DNA from: Halocafeteria seosinensis
Lineage: Eukaryota
Direction: 5' to 3'
DNA: 64,000 nucleotides
Assembly (NCBI GenBank): GCA_001687465.1
Contig: LVLI01000233.1
Span: 124,001 to 188,000 of the forward strand
Each line of letters opens with the position of its first letter. Positions within the stretch are counted from its first letter, which is position 1. Position numbers and translations under genes: made by a program. Shown one piece after another: positions 36,869-50,038 of this stretch. The notes below the pieces were generated by a model that did no database searches, was not told the origin of the DNA, and saw nothing but the letters and a program-made list of their open reading frames with translations.

Positions 36869-39800
36869 ATGTTTTCTGCCTCTTCCAAGGGCGCCACTGC
36901 TGGTGGAACGAAGCGCCGAGAAGACCTCGTAGCCGCCGCTAGGAGGGAAAGGGAGCAAAGGGAGGAACAACGCAAACTTGATGAATCAGCCATTACTATA
37001 CAACGATTCCTCAAAGGAAGGTACGCCACTTACGATCTTCGAGTTGGATAATGCAATGTTACTGAACTCTGGTGAACACTTCTGTTATTCCACAGAGTCA
37101 CCTCTCATCAACAGTCTCGAAATGCTGCGGCAACGTTGAGGAGCAGACTATCGGACTTACAGAACGTAGCTACCTTATTTGCGAGTTCACAGAAGTCATT
37201 CGTTCCGCCACTTCATGTTGTCAAGCAGCTTGTCAGAACCCTTCTCTTTGCTACTCGTTTAGAGCGATGGTACGGAATATCGGCTCCATCTCTGGAAGAT
37301 CTGGGTAATCTGTCGCTCGTGTACAACACTGCAAAATGGATCAAAACGTCTCTAGAGCAAACAACAGTAGATAACAACTTAAAGCTACACTTGTTGCAGA
37401 TGGAAACTTCTGCTTATCACGAGTTGATCGAACTTGGAAGGCTTTGTATGTTGGGCCTGCACTCACTTACGTTGGTAGTCGCTCGAAAGTATTTACGTGG
37501 GTACGTCAAGAAATCAAACACATTCGCCGATACCGAAACCCTTGAGCATGAAAGAGAGACTGGCGGTGTTTCCCAAACCCTCGCTGATTTAATAGACTCA
37601 GTCTTTTTCCTGGAGAATGATTCATCTGACAGAATGATACATGGAGAACTAATTGGTTTGCTCGAAAGGAAAGCAAGCCTCTCCACGTGCCTTCACAGCT
37701 CGCTACGGAACTTGACTCCGTACCACTTGAGCGAAGAGCAGTTGGCGGACAGAGATTCACTTCCCTCCACGAATGAATTTAAGAGTTTGCTGCGCCAATG
37801 TTCCTACTTGAGCATGAAAGCTACCTTTTGCTTGAACTCTGAACGATCTGTAGCCGTTGATCATGAAGCTGAGATGGATCGTCTTCTGGGACTGCTTGGT
37901 ATTCCTGGCGTCATTCAGCATATGAAGGCATGTGACTGTTGGGACACGAGGCTGAACAATTTTTCAAAACCTCCGTTTGTCCATAATATGATCCATGCTA
38001 TCCCTAGAGCCCTTCAAGTACGTACTTGTTATCCCGAAGTCGGACAAGGTCTTGGAGGTCTTTTCAAGTCGAATGGCAGGGCGTTTAAGGATTCTCTTCA
38101 ATTAAAGTGCTGTCGATTGAGAGGAGAAGAAATAGGAGAAAAGCAGAGTGCCTGGGGGATTTGTACATTTACAGTAGGCAATTTGCTGAGCGCTTTAGGT
38201 GATTTCTTGTGGGGCGTTAGCCCCTCCTCTGACACCGAAACACTTCTGACGTTGCAGCTCGTGCTAGAGTCTCTTTCTTCAACCATTAATTACGTCCCTG
38301 CAGCACTGTGGACATCCAGTGCGCCGGTCACCTGGACTGCTGCTGGAGCTAATTACACTTCGGTCCCTCTTCCGGGCTTGGCAGTGCGGCAATTTCGTGC
38401 CCTTTCAGATAAACGCTTGATTAAAAGATTGGCAAACATTGCGTTCGATATAGACGTCACCGAAATTGCCAATATTCGTTTGAAGAAACTCTTTCCACAA
38501 GGACTTAAAGAGGACAGTGAAGAAGACGAGGAAGATATTCCGACGCAGAGCTGGTGGGGAGCCCTGACACGAGAGGGTACCTCGGATCCGTCTTCGTGCT
38601 TTTATGGCTTGAGTCCATCGACTGAAGAAAGATCCACTTCCAAGGGTGGTTTGTTTTCCTCGTTGACGAGTAAACTTAGTTCTTTCTTTTCAAAGAAACA
38701 AAAAGGAGGCGCAGCTAATGCCTCGAGTGCATTAACTGGCACACTTCGAGACGGTAGCGGTGATTCGTTACTTGAAACGACGAGAGTTTCGCGGGAGTAT
38801 GCTGCTGGATATGGTAGCACTCCAAGGAAGGATACATCTGGTACTTCGAGAAAAAGCAGTGGGGCAAAATTGCTGCCTTGGTTTTCAGTATACTGTTCGC
38901 TTGTGCTCGGGCGAACACATGGTAAAAGTGCGAGGCGAGGCTCTGTAAAACGCCATTATAAGACATGTGTTGTACAAGTGCAATCGATAATGAATGCTTT
39001 GGCCTTTACTCCATCTTTGGGTATTATCCACAAGCTCTGGTATACGTTTGCTGAGGAAAATGATATTGAGACTTTTATCCAGCACTATGGCTATGGGTGC
39101 CTGTGTGATTTTGCGAGACCTGGTCCTTTCCCGATTCTGTATCTCTTTGCTCTGACGTTTTCGCATTTCCTAATGGTGGCGGATGATTTTGAGCTATATG
39201 AGAAGTTCTCCCTTCCCAGAGGAGAGCTTGCGGTTGCTATTAACACATTAAAACTTGTTGTGGCACATGCGTACGGGTGCGTGCGTGTACAACGTTAATT
39301 GGCCTTCATCCTACCCTCTTATTATGAATTCCTTTGTATGTGTGTTTCAGGTATAATTCTGGGAAATACCGGAGTATTGATATGACTCTAGTGGAGGCTG
39401 AACCGACTGACTCCTGGTTTGCGTTTGAAGATGCGGTTGTCTCAATGTTATCGGAATTATACCAACGACAGTGTCGACGAAAATTGACTCCACGCCGTAT
39501 CTGGCGAGTGGATTGCTCCAAGTATGTTGTACATGTATGCATTCGTCTTAGCGAACACTTTCAAATACCCGCTCCATATGTGCAGCGATGAAGTTCTATC
39601 TTCGCGACTTTTGCCAGTAGCCCCGTTTATGGTACCCTTCTCAAAACGATTGGAAATTTATAATCGCAATAGAGTTGCTTTAAAGCGCGAGACCCAATCT
39701 TATATTGGTCCACCTTCCAGAATTACAGTGCGAAGGGATGCACTCTTTGATACAACTTACCGCGAACTCAAGAAGCTAACGGCCTCACAGCTACGAGGAA

Positions 39801-40931
39801 GAATTGACATAAAATTCATCAATGAGCACGGTGTTGCGGAAGAAGGAATTGACGCTGGAGGTTTATTTAAAGAGCTATGGACACAATTTGCAGATGTAAG
39901 TGAATTCGCCGAAACTATGGACTCATGCACTTGCTCACCTGAGTTGCAACCCCAGGTAGTTTTCGATCCATCCTATGGGTTGTTTAAGGAAACGCCAAAC
40001 CATTTGCTGTACCCGAGTCCAAACGCCTTTTCACTGGGCCATGGGGATGTTACAACATTGTTCGAAGTAGTGGGGCGTGTTGTGGGTAAAGCCCTGTATG
40101 AGGGAATTGTGATCCAGCCTCAATTCGCTCATTTCTTCTTGGCGAAGCTCCTGGGTAACCCTGTACATTTACATCATTTACCGTCTCTCGATCCCGAACT
40201 ATACAAGAATCTGATTTTCATCAAAAATTACTCAGGAGACATTCAGGATCTCTGCCTTACGTTCACCGTACCGCGGGAAGACGCGGAAATCGTGGGGCAG
40301 ACTGGCGATCAGGAATATTGTTTGGTACCAGGTGCGTAATTTCGGCAATATGTATTCGCTTTTCCCTTCTATGTGCATTACTGTAATCGCAGGTGGAGAT
40401 CAAAAGGAAGTGACGAACCAAAATAAGTTTCTATATATCCATCTAGTGGCGAACGCACGCCTCAACCTGTCGACATCTCGCCAAACGGAGGCATTCAAAA
40501 AAGGTTTGTACTCTGTCGTGCCCCCAGAGTGGTTAAAGATGTTTTCAGAACCTGAACTACAAGTTCTCATCTCTGGTGCACATAAGGGCATCAATGTGGA
40601 AGACCTCAAGAAGAACACAAAGTACCTGGGCGGTTGTTCAGCTAGAAACAAGTCTATCAAACTGTTTTGGGATATCATGGCGGATTTTGCAGAGGAAGAT
40701 AAATCAGCACTTCTTCAGTTTGTGACAGCATGTTCACGCCCTCCACCTCTAGGTTTCAAGGAGCTGCAACCTCCGTTCGCCATTCAGCTTATCAGCAGTA
40801 GAGGGAAGCCGCTACCTTCTTCGAGCACGTGCTTCAACGTACTGAAGTTGCCGGATTACACATCTAAGAGCGACATGAAGACAAAACTCATGACAGCCAT
40901 TCATTCGGCCAGTGGGTTTGAGACAGAATGA
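36869..40931 (+). CDS. HECT E3 ubiquitin ligase, UBE3B/UBE3C-like
   Basis: N-terminal ARREREQRE..SAITIQRFLKG (IQ motif). HECT motifs PFMVPFSKR, EEGIDAGGLFKE, LLQFVTACSRPP and LPSSSTCFNVLKLP. Confidence 0.93.
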
Positions 40932-41020
40932 GCGAGGTACAATACCGAAAGGCGGTTTGCAAGCCTCTCCCAAAACCGTGCAGTTCCCTTCGCTTTCTAC
41001 ATGTACCGTTTGCTGTACAA

Positions 41021-42930
41021 TCATCGATAGTCTTTTACAGCACTGTGGTTAGTAGTCTTTGCTCTCACCGGCGCCGCTACAACATCCATAGGCTCCTCTT
41101 TCTGTTTGGATTCTTCTGGCAGAGATAAGGACATCTTTTCTGAGCTTATGCCGGGATCCAGTTCAGCGTACTCTTTTGGCAAAGTATGCACGTCTTTTGG
41201 TTCCTTTCTTACACGAGCAGGCTGAACACGCGCATCGCCGGTTAAGTAACTGGTACTGTCTGGCGGGGCTCGTGTGACATTCTCATCCGTACCCCGGTGG
41301 CGTTGTTTTGCACCTTTAGAGCGTTGGGTGCCTCTAGACTTTTTTCTTGATGTGGTACTCCGCATTGATGTTGCGTGTGTTGTCGTCGTTCGATTTAGAG
41401 GACGCCGATTGGCTGCAGGCGATGCGAGGTAGGGGCTCGACTTCCTGTAAAGGGACGAAGGAATAGATTGCGTGGATTTCTCCAACTTGTGCGCAATTAT
41501 TGCATCTTTTGGATGTCCTGTAACCCCAACTTCTAGAGTCTCCTCCTCTCTCTGCATCTTTACGTCTGAATCCCACTTTCCTGGTGAGGTGTCCCTTTTG
41601 GATTCTTGCGATCTTGCTCTCGACCTCCGCAATTTTTCCAATAATTTCTGTCTTCTTGTGGGGGAGCGTGACCGTTGTTTGTTCGCTGGAGGGGTCGCTA
41701 GCGAACGCCAGTAGTCCTCCTTCGAGCGCTGAGACCTGGAGGTATTTCTTGTTTGCTTCCTGGAACTGCCTCTTGTCTTTCTCCCGCGCTGGCGGCCTTC
41801 GCTGACATCTTCAAAGTCAGATTGGTAGGAGCTTTGGTCGCGTAGTGATGAACCTTGTTGGATATGTGTTGGGTACGGTGCGAGATGGGCCTGGTCCGGC
41901 GGAGGGTCGTTGCGGAAGACGGGTTCTGGGACCTCCTCAGTATTGTTTGTCTGCTTAGCCCCTCTGGTCGTCTTACTCTTGCCGCCTGCTATGTTATGGA
42001 GTTGGGTGACGAGTTCGTCGAAGTCCCACTGGGTTTGCGACTGTTCTTTGGCTTTATCCGATTTTTGCCCAGAGCTAGGCTTGGGTGACGCTTCTTCACT
42101 CTCCGGACCGGAACTAGACTCTCGCTCCACCTGGTGCTGGTGCTGGTGCTGGTGCTCGGACCCTGCTGATTGCTGCTGTAAAGGTGGAGATTCCCGCGAT
42201 TCTTCCTTGTCACCACGCCATTGAACTTGAACATGGATTGCAGGCACTGTTTCCGGAGCTTTCATTCCAAGATTTTCAATCCGCAAAGTGGACTCGCCAC
42301 CAAGTGGTACCCATCCTTGATGCCATTGCTCCTTTCCGGGTTCTGACATCCTCAAAAACCGGGATAGATCCAAGGATACTCGACCTGTAGAACGTTTAAA
42401 AATAGGTATAGCCTCGTATCATGACCCAAAGTTGTCGAGTCTAGCTAACACACCGAATAAATTGTTATGTCTCATGTCCTGATATTGAAGCCCAACAGAA
42501 ATTTCGTTCGCTTCGTCCACCTCCAAATCTGGCAAGTAGAACCGAAACGTCTCATTAAACTTGGGATATATCTTCCCTGACACTTCCGTTGTTCGATAAA
42601 TTTCTCCTGCAAAAGCAAGCTCGCCGTGTGCTTGCACTGTTGAAATGTATTCTGAAGTCGAAGCACAGTGTAAAGTTTACGTGAGACCGATACCACACCA
42701 CGCTGGTGACGCTACAGACGCCACGAACCTTCGCTATCTTCGAGAGTCGTCGCCCCTGTAATTGTCACTTTAAGCTCTCCACTGTTTGAAGGTAGACCAG
42801 CGAACTTAGTCTTTGGATCATAGGGGGAAATACTGCTACGTGAGCGACCCCGGCGCTCGCCGGAAGTATGGACGCGGCTGGATTGAGGGGACTTCATTTT
42901 CTTGTGCGGTCCCCGGCTTTCCGATTCCAT
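41021..42930 (-). CDS. C2-domain protein with long low-complexity C-terminus
   Basis: GELKVTITGATTL...YRTTEVSGKIYPKFNETFRF fits a C2 pattern across exons 42712-43005, 42419-42637 and 41021-42373. The start is tentative. Confidence 0.7.
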
Positions 42931-43767
42931 ATCGTCGGTGAGCTCTGCGTGAATAAAAGAAAAACAAAAATAACCAGCTTTGGACGGTCTTGTGGGCGCT
43001 AACACATTTCAATGGAAACTGGAACTCACCCTTTCGTTTCCCGAAGATCGCGTATTCTACCGTTTGACTCCCACGTTCTACACAAGCAATCACAGAGTGC
43101 CCAAGAGCGTCCTAACCAAGACACGATGGTACCATCCTAATTCAAGGGTGTAGCATCCCTCATCGGCCTTGTATACGAGGAAGATCAGCTTGTACTAGTT
43201 ATCGCACAAATTGCGCGTTTTTCCACTCTTGGTGTCGGGTAGTGCGTGCACCAGAAAAAAAAAAAAAAATATCGTGCCACTCTATGAAAATGAATGCTTT
43301 AGCTACATTACAAACGCAATAGGTTGCAATCCAACAGATGCTTACTACTGTCCAATGAACCCAGCAAACTTCACGTGCGAACGACTTGCGACAAAGCGGT
43401 AGCGACCTTGTCGGAGTTGGATCCGTTGAAGTGGCTTTGCAAATCCCTCGGCAGGGGCGAATTCCCGGGAACTGTCCGAATGTTCACAAAAAGCGTTAGC
43501 CGCATAAAATTTACGCACCCATCGAATTGTAACAGTATACAAGGTACGTGCCTGGTTTTAGGAGGGCGAAATGGATTTTCTGGACCAAAGGGAATCGTTT
43601 TTTCACGACGGTACCTGTACTTGTGGTTAAAGTATTAACTTGAAGGTGACAATCACCCCGTGGTTGCAACTGAGTGCAATGAATTGCAGTCATTGTATAT
43701 TAGTGACATTTACCAGATCAAATTACATGCATGTGCCCACGAGGAGCCGACTCCACGCTGGATACAG

Positions 43768-45489
43768 CTATGCAGCTTCCCTTCGGAGTCGCTTTATGCG
43801 TGCGATGACATGCTCCACCGCCTTGGTAATGTTTTGAAACACTTTAACCCCTCTTCGATCCGCCACATCAGCGAGATACGCCCGTCCTCGATTTAAGTCC
43901 TTGACCTCATCAGCGTACAGTTCCTGTGGGAATCATCATTGTCTCAGTGCACGACGATTCCAGAAATATTTAGAATCGGAAGACTTACGTGTCCAGATAT
44001 TTGACTCCCCGGCTCAACATCCTGTAATACGATAACGACATCCCTCTCTGACGAAATGTGCTCTGCTATTTCAATCATAGAAGCAACAGCACGTGTTTCA
44101 CCTGTGACGACGAACATCAGAATTAACGCTTCCTGTTTCGCGTTCGCTTCGACTTCGATCAGGTCAGGAGTCCAGTTTTCCACCTGCATATTCGTGACAA
44201 ATGGTTGTACAAGCGTGGAGGCACAATGCAATTACTCTTCTCACGCTACGTACCTGAGGATTATAATAAGTCACTCCATGCTTGTCCAGTAATGGCATTG
44301 CTATATCCTTTCTCCAAGTAGTTGGGTTACAGGCACCCCCCAGAAACACTTCTCCCAAAGGACACTTGTGTCGCTCTGGATTGCGATTACTTGCTGTCAC
44401 CTGATCTGCACCGTTTTCTGGTGTAATTTGGTGGTGAGCTATTTGCCCTGAATGAGACAACGTTCTCTGGTGGCCTTCTTCAGAATGTGACAAGGAGTCT
44501 GATGTCAGGGACTTCTCGACGCTACGGGGTACAGATGCCTCCTCCGCACTAATTGCTAAGTCTCGCATATCTCGACACGAGCCAAAATAGGAACTACCAA
44601 AAGAGTTGGTGCTATTCCTCCAATGATGCATCCTCTTTCTAGCAGCACCGTTTCTCTGAAGAACATTGACTATGTTGCAAAAAGTGGAAAAGCTTATCTT
44701 TTCCCGGTTCACGTGGCGTTTCATTGCCGGATCCGACCGAAACCGAGATAGGTTGTTTCCTTCTGAACTTCTTCTGGGATGACCATGTTCGCATCCGTCC
44801 GTGTTTTGCTCCACGAGATTCGGTGGAGGTGGAGGAGGATTGGCCGCGCCAGTAACCCGCGTCTCTTGCTCATTGCTTTGATGCCCTCCGTTGCGCTGTC
44901 CTTCTTCCTCAACCCGATCCTCAGGGTCTGAAATTTCCTGGTCACGAACGATTCTTGATTTGTAGTCGGCTTCACTTAAGTATCCATATTGCTTAGTCTG
45001 AATTGTGCGTTCAAGCTCCTCCACTCCTCCGCGTAAATAAGCATCCGTAAAAGACATTGGCCACTCCAAGCCGAGTACTCGCAAGGCAACTGGCAAATCT
45101 TCTTTTACTCGGATTCTCCGGTCATCGTCAAGGTCTAACGATTCGAAGACATCCGAAAGGGATAACTCGTTACTTGGGACAGCTGCGCGGTTGATATACA
45201 TATCTCGATTCCTTACACTAGGGCTAAACAGCGCACCTGAACTCTCAGAGGCCGTTCGGTCTATGTTTAATGACAAACACGACCGACGCGTCGCTCTCGG
45301 CGTTTGCCGCGATGAGCCATTGTCGGCAGCAATCGTTTTCCAAATATAGCGATAGATGGGAGCAGCTGTCTCTGAGTAAGTACGGTTCTTTAATCCCCCC
45401 TGTGAACCGCCTGATTGATATTCGTCTGTGCGAGCATGTTTCTGCGCTACTGGGGCGCCGGCATTCCCTTTACCGTTGGGGCCTTCCAT
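43768..45489 (-). CDS. Raw-like protein: degenerate EF-hand plus nucleoside 2-deoxyribosyltransferase-like domain
   Basis: EVFLGGACNPTTWRKDIAMPLL..GVTYYNPQ|VENWTPDLIEVEANAK...ETRAVASMIE and DLNRGRAYL. EF-like FESLDLDDDRRI. Confidence 0.85.
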
Positions 45490-46297
45490 ATCGAATTATT
45501 TCGGAGCAGATCCCCGTGGTATAGGACCATAAACCGGGTGATATTGGCTCAAAAGGATCGAGAGTGGCTCCCCGTTGACTATATGAACAGACCGAGTGGC
45601 AGATAGGTAAACTAGAGGTTGTTGATGCAACCGACGTATTGCCGTCTAAGGAGGTGTCCTGAGGTGAGAGTGGTCAAACTGCGCTACGAATCCACAAATA
45701 GCCAAGTTATATTTATCCACACCGACATACAAGTGTCAACCACCCTAACAAAACCTACCTACGGCAGCTGAACACGCCTGTTCCAGCCTGTATTCTCCGT
45801 CGGCTCAGCGACTCGGCTGCACTGTCTCTCTGGAGAAGTGGCTGGTCGCACGAGCGACCTGCTGGACCAAGCGGCCGCACAAAAGGCGGTTACGTTGAAT
45901 TCCCACGGACTGGAAGAGACTAAGAAAAACATTCCAAGGAAGACATGAGCGACTGATGCTGCTTGCACCTCTTCCTCAAATGACGCACTTGGGTTGTGGG
46001 CACTGAGCCCGGCGCGCCCGCACGAGTCATTCCGGGACTCTGGCGCTGTGAAGATGCATTGCGTTGTCTTAATACAGCTAGAAGTGTATATTCAGTGCTT
46101 TATTGAATACTATTCTTATTTGGCTGTGGAGACTCCAAACCGCAAGTGTTATGGAGTGGTCTCTCTGGCTTGTTGCTTGGGCCTTCGGGAAGTTCGAAGA
46201 GGGGACCTGATGAAGAATTGTCATTCGACTACGATCTCATAAGTACATTCAGAGAGTCTGTTCCACGTGAGACTACTTCCTCTCTGCTCTTACAGTG

Positions 46298-47272
46298 ATG
46301 AGCGAATGCGGCGATCAACAGTATAGAGGTGAAAGTCCCGAAACAGCAGACCCTGCTGCGCACTGGGATAGCTGTTGTCCAGCAACATCAGAGATGAGAT
46401 ATTGGAGCGAGAATCTCAATGCCCCTTTACCTTCTCCCATGCTCTCCAAAGTGCTGGCAGGTCATAGATATCATGGCAGTGCTCAAATAGGATTGATGAG
46501 ATTGTTAGAGCTTCACGAGATACAAGAATCTAGCGAGGCGTTTGCCACGCTCCAAGATACAAATCAGTGGCTGATTGAGCAAACGCAACGCCATTTCCTT
46601 AGACAGGGAGAGCGATGGGATCCAGAAAATCAAGCTAAGGAAGAGTGGCTGTCCAAAGATAGGAAGCAAGTGCTTCAAGCGGTGTCGTTAATGGGCCTAA
46701 CTCAACGAGTTATCCCTGATCAAAGTGCTCTCAGTGCCGACCGCATAACTATTTTACCGGGCGCCCTAGAAACTCGTGTCACACAACGTTTAAATTCCGT
46801 AGTTGAAGAAATTCAACACTCGAATAGACCACCCTGTGCGGTCGTCGTAGCAACGGGAAAGCGAGCACTCCTGGACTACGAGTGTCCCGATGCGACACTA
46901 TCAGAACGAACCGAAGCAGCAATGATTCGATATCGATGGAATGAAGCCAAAGAATGCCACCCAGAATTAGCTAATATTCCTTTTCATGTATGTGAGGCTC
47001 AGTTAAAAGATGGGCAAGTTCGATCGAAAACAGTTGATACCGTAGAGGCACTCGGCGAACATGAAGTAGTGCGACAGCTGCAGCAGAGAAATGGTTGTGC
47101 TGTGGTACATATAGAGCAGCCCTACGCCAAACGATTTGCATTACTCTTTCACGGGCTTGGATTGCGGATGCATGTCTATGCTCAGGCTGTAGCCACCGAT
47201 ACTCCACTGTTTTTGTATCTCGATGAAACTGCACGAACTATCTTTGCACGACCGCATTTGACGGAAGACTGA
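46298..47272 (+). CDS. Hypothetical protein resembling DUF218-like proteins of intracellular bacteria
   Basis: Uninterrupted 324-aa ORF with TQRHFLR..ERW, ILPGA..RV.QRL, TGKRAL, TEAAM, RSKTVDT, EQPY and LDETAR motifs. Confidence 0.75.
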   Translation: MSECGDQQYRGESPETADPAAHWDSCCPATSEMRYWSENLNAPLPSPMLSKVLAGHRYHGSAQIGLMRLLELHEIQESSEAFATLQDTNQWLIEQTQRHFLRQGERWDPENQAKEEWLSKDRKQVLQAVSLMGLTQRVIPDQSALSADRITILPGALETRVTQRLNSVVEEIQHSNRPPCAVVVATGKRALLDYECPDATLSERTEAAMIRYRWNEAKECHPELANIPFHVCEAQLKDGQVRSKTVDTVEALGEHEVVRQLQQRNGCAVVHIEQPYAKRFALLFHGLGLRMHVYAQAVATDTPLFLYLDETARTIFARPHLTED

Positions 47273-47900
47273 TTGATAAGGCTACCCACCTTCATTAGTC
47301 TGCTCTGTGCTCCTTGTCTCCGAACCCTAGCGCGTGTCGCTGTCATGCATGACTCGGTGTGAGCAAGACGGACAAGGTGTCTTCGAGACGGTGATTGTGG
47401 TCTGTTGGGGGAACGAATTGATTTTTGGTAAATCGCTCAAGTGCAACACTCGGGGCTTCCGGCAGCCATACGTGGATTCACACCTTTCAGAATCTCATAA
47501 CGCAGAACAGTCACTTGCAATATTTTCCGAGTATTTCGGCTGAGACGGTACCACTTCCACACACACACACATATGTACTTCCAGATACGGAAGCGAAACT
47601 TCCCAAGGGTTCGTAGCAGTAAAACTGCTGCTGCACTGCTGTCATGCAGTCGTTTCCCGCTGTCACTGTCAAACTATTAGTAGTACAACAGTAGTGAAGC
47701 ACGGTTAATTGACGAAATATTAACCTGTTTGCTGTTTGCGCTGGTACGTAATGGATTCTCTCGAAGCCACCTTGAAGTTTTGAATGTTCCTTGAATATTC
47801 CACTTTAAAGCTCTATATGATACCTGTGGGCCAGGCTGTGGCTTGTAGATTTGTGTTGTATCAATTGTGTGTTGCTTGGTCACGTTCACTTGTTTCGACT

Positions 47901-49939
47901 ATGGCGTCTCCAAACAGAGGGGAGCAGACGCCCAGCAAGGAGCTCCAGCAGGAGAACCAGATGCTCAAGAGTCAGATTGTGGAGCTCCACGCGCTTCTAG
48001 ATTCCTACCGGAAGGCCTTCCCCAAGCGCAAGAGAGATGAGAGTACTGAGAATGACGCCGCGGCGCCGGAGGGTGAAGAGAACCATCAGGACCACGATCA
48101 GAGAAGCCGGGACATCAGCGAAGTTGACAGAGTGGCATTGAGTACCGGAGAGGAAGTTTTCATCAAACCTGAAGAGCTTTCAGCTATTCGGGCTGGTATG
48201 TGTAGTGTGATTGAAAATGGTTTAAATATCCCGGGAACTATAGTAGTGTATGAACGCAGTATTCAATGTGTTCGATAACACCAGAGCTGGAAGTATCAAT
48301 GCTCGGGAACTCCAGGTAAGAACATCCTCTAGTGTTCCATCCATGTTGCACGGACGACTTGAACTCCTTTTGTATGCAGCTGCTTCACGAGAAATTGGGC
48401 GAGCCAATATCAGATGAAGAGGCCAAACAAGCGGTGCAAATGATCGAATACGAAGGGGCAGAAGCAATTAGTTTCGAAGAATTCATACGGTATGTGTTTT
48501 CGTCCGAAACCGTCAATCCACAAGTACTCATGAATAAAGGATGAATTTCGCCAGGTACTGGAGTGGATCGCATGATGCCCTCGAAGGAAACAACGAACAA
48601 GCGAGGAAAACCTTGCGGGAGAGATTGAAAGATTTCGAAGGGACAGAAGCTGCTGACGATTTCGGTTTCGCCCCTCGTTCTTACGGCGACACGACCGCTA
48701 TACCGATGGCGACTTTGGTGGGTACCGCAGAAGAAGAGGAAAACATTGCACCAGATTTCTCTGGAGACGCTAGTACCTATGAAGCCGAAGAACGCGCAGC
48801 GGCCGGAGTATCAGCGGAACAACCGCAAATTTCAGTTCCTCTTCAGCAGAGTCACATGACCGATGCCGAGAAGCGAAGGCGGCACAGAGAGTGGTATGCC
48901 TCCAAGTTTAAATTTCTGAAAGCTCGGATTAACAATCCGAAGGTCAGCAAGATTTCAACCGATACGGAAGGGACGTTTCCTAGCTTAGAATGGAGGATGT
49001 ACTTCTACCATAAAGAAGGTGCACACTTGGAGCCCCAGCTCTTATCGCCGTGGCACGATGTTCCACTGAGAAACGACGACGGCACGTACAATTTTATGTA
49101 TGTTTTGGATTTTATTTTGATTCTTTCTCTGTCTGCCAATCGCGTTGGTTGTTTCATTTTCTATGCATCGCAGTTGTGAGATTCCGAAATGGACGAGGCG
49201 TAAGATGGAAATTGCAACCGATGAGAAGTTCAACCCAATAAAACAAGATGTGAAGAACGGAATGTTACGGAATTATACTTGGGGTGATATGCTGTTTAAC
49301 TATGGCCTCCTCCCACAAACGTGGTACGTCTTGCTGCAGAACAATTTGCGGAGTCCTCATTGCTCCGCTTACTCTGACCAACGCAGGGAAGATCCGGAAC
49401 ATACTTCTCGACACACTGCAGGTACTGATATGTAGCTTTTTTCTTAATTGTCTGAATATCCAGTTTCATCGAACTTTTTATTTGTACTGCAGCTGGCGGT
49501 GACAATGACCCGCTGGACTTTGTGGAACTCGGATCAAAGCAGTGGAGGACTGGAAGCATTCTTGCCGTCAAAGTACTCGGAGTCCTGGCCATGGTGGATG
49601 ATGGTGCGCTTTGGACTTACCATACTGAGAAGTATATTGGCTACTTGAATACCTGTGTTGATTTCATCTGCAGGAGAAACGGACTGGAAGATCATTGGAA
49701 TAAACGTTCAAGATCCTCTTGCGGAATATCTGAATGATATACATGATGTCGAAGTTCACCTGCCGGGCGCTCTTGGTGCACTGAGGAGGTGGCTCAAATA
49801 CTATAAGAGTCCAAGCATTAACAAGTTTGCTTTCGGAGAAAAGTGCCAGACGAGACAGTATGCTGAGATGGTGGTGCAGGAATGTCATGAGCATTGGAAG
49901 AGTCTTATCCAGCGCCGAGGGCAGAATCCAACAGTGTGA
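47901..49939 (+). CDS. Soluble inorganic pyrophosphatase (family I) with N-terminal EF-hand region, VSP1-like
   Basis: [47 protein letters not shown] and DDGETDWK. EF-like [18 protein letters not shown] and ISFEEF. Confidence 0.93.
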
Positions 49940-50038
49940 GAGGCTAACATAACACTGGTATAGTTGCAAAGCAAACCATGCTACGGTATCCTATACATTA
50001 ATACGACATGGTATGCTGTTGACGTCGTGTATTTCTGT

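Noticed and set aside
43255..43269. A15 run as a possible retroposon tail
   Set aside because: No target-site duplication or recognisable element upstream.
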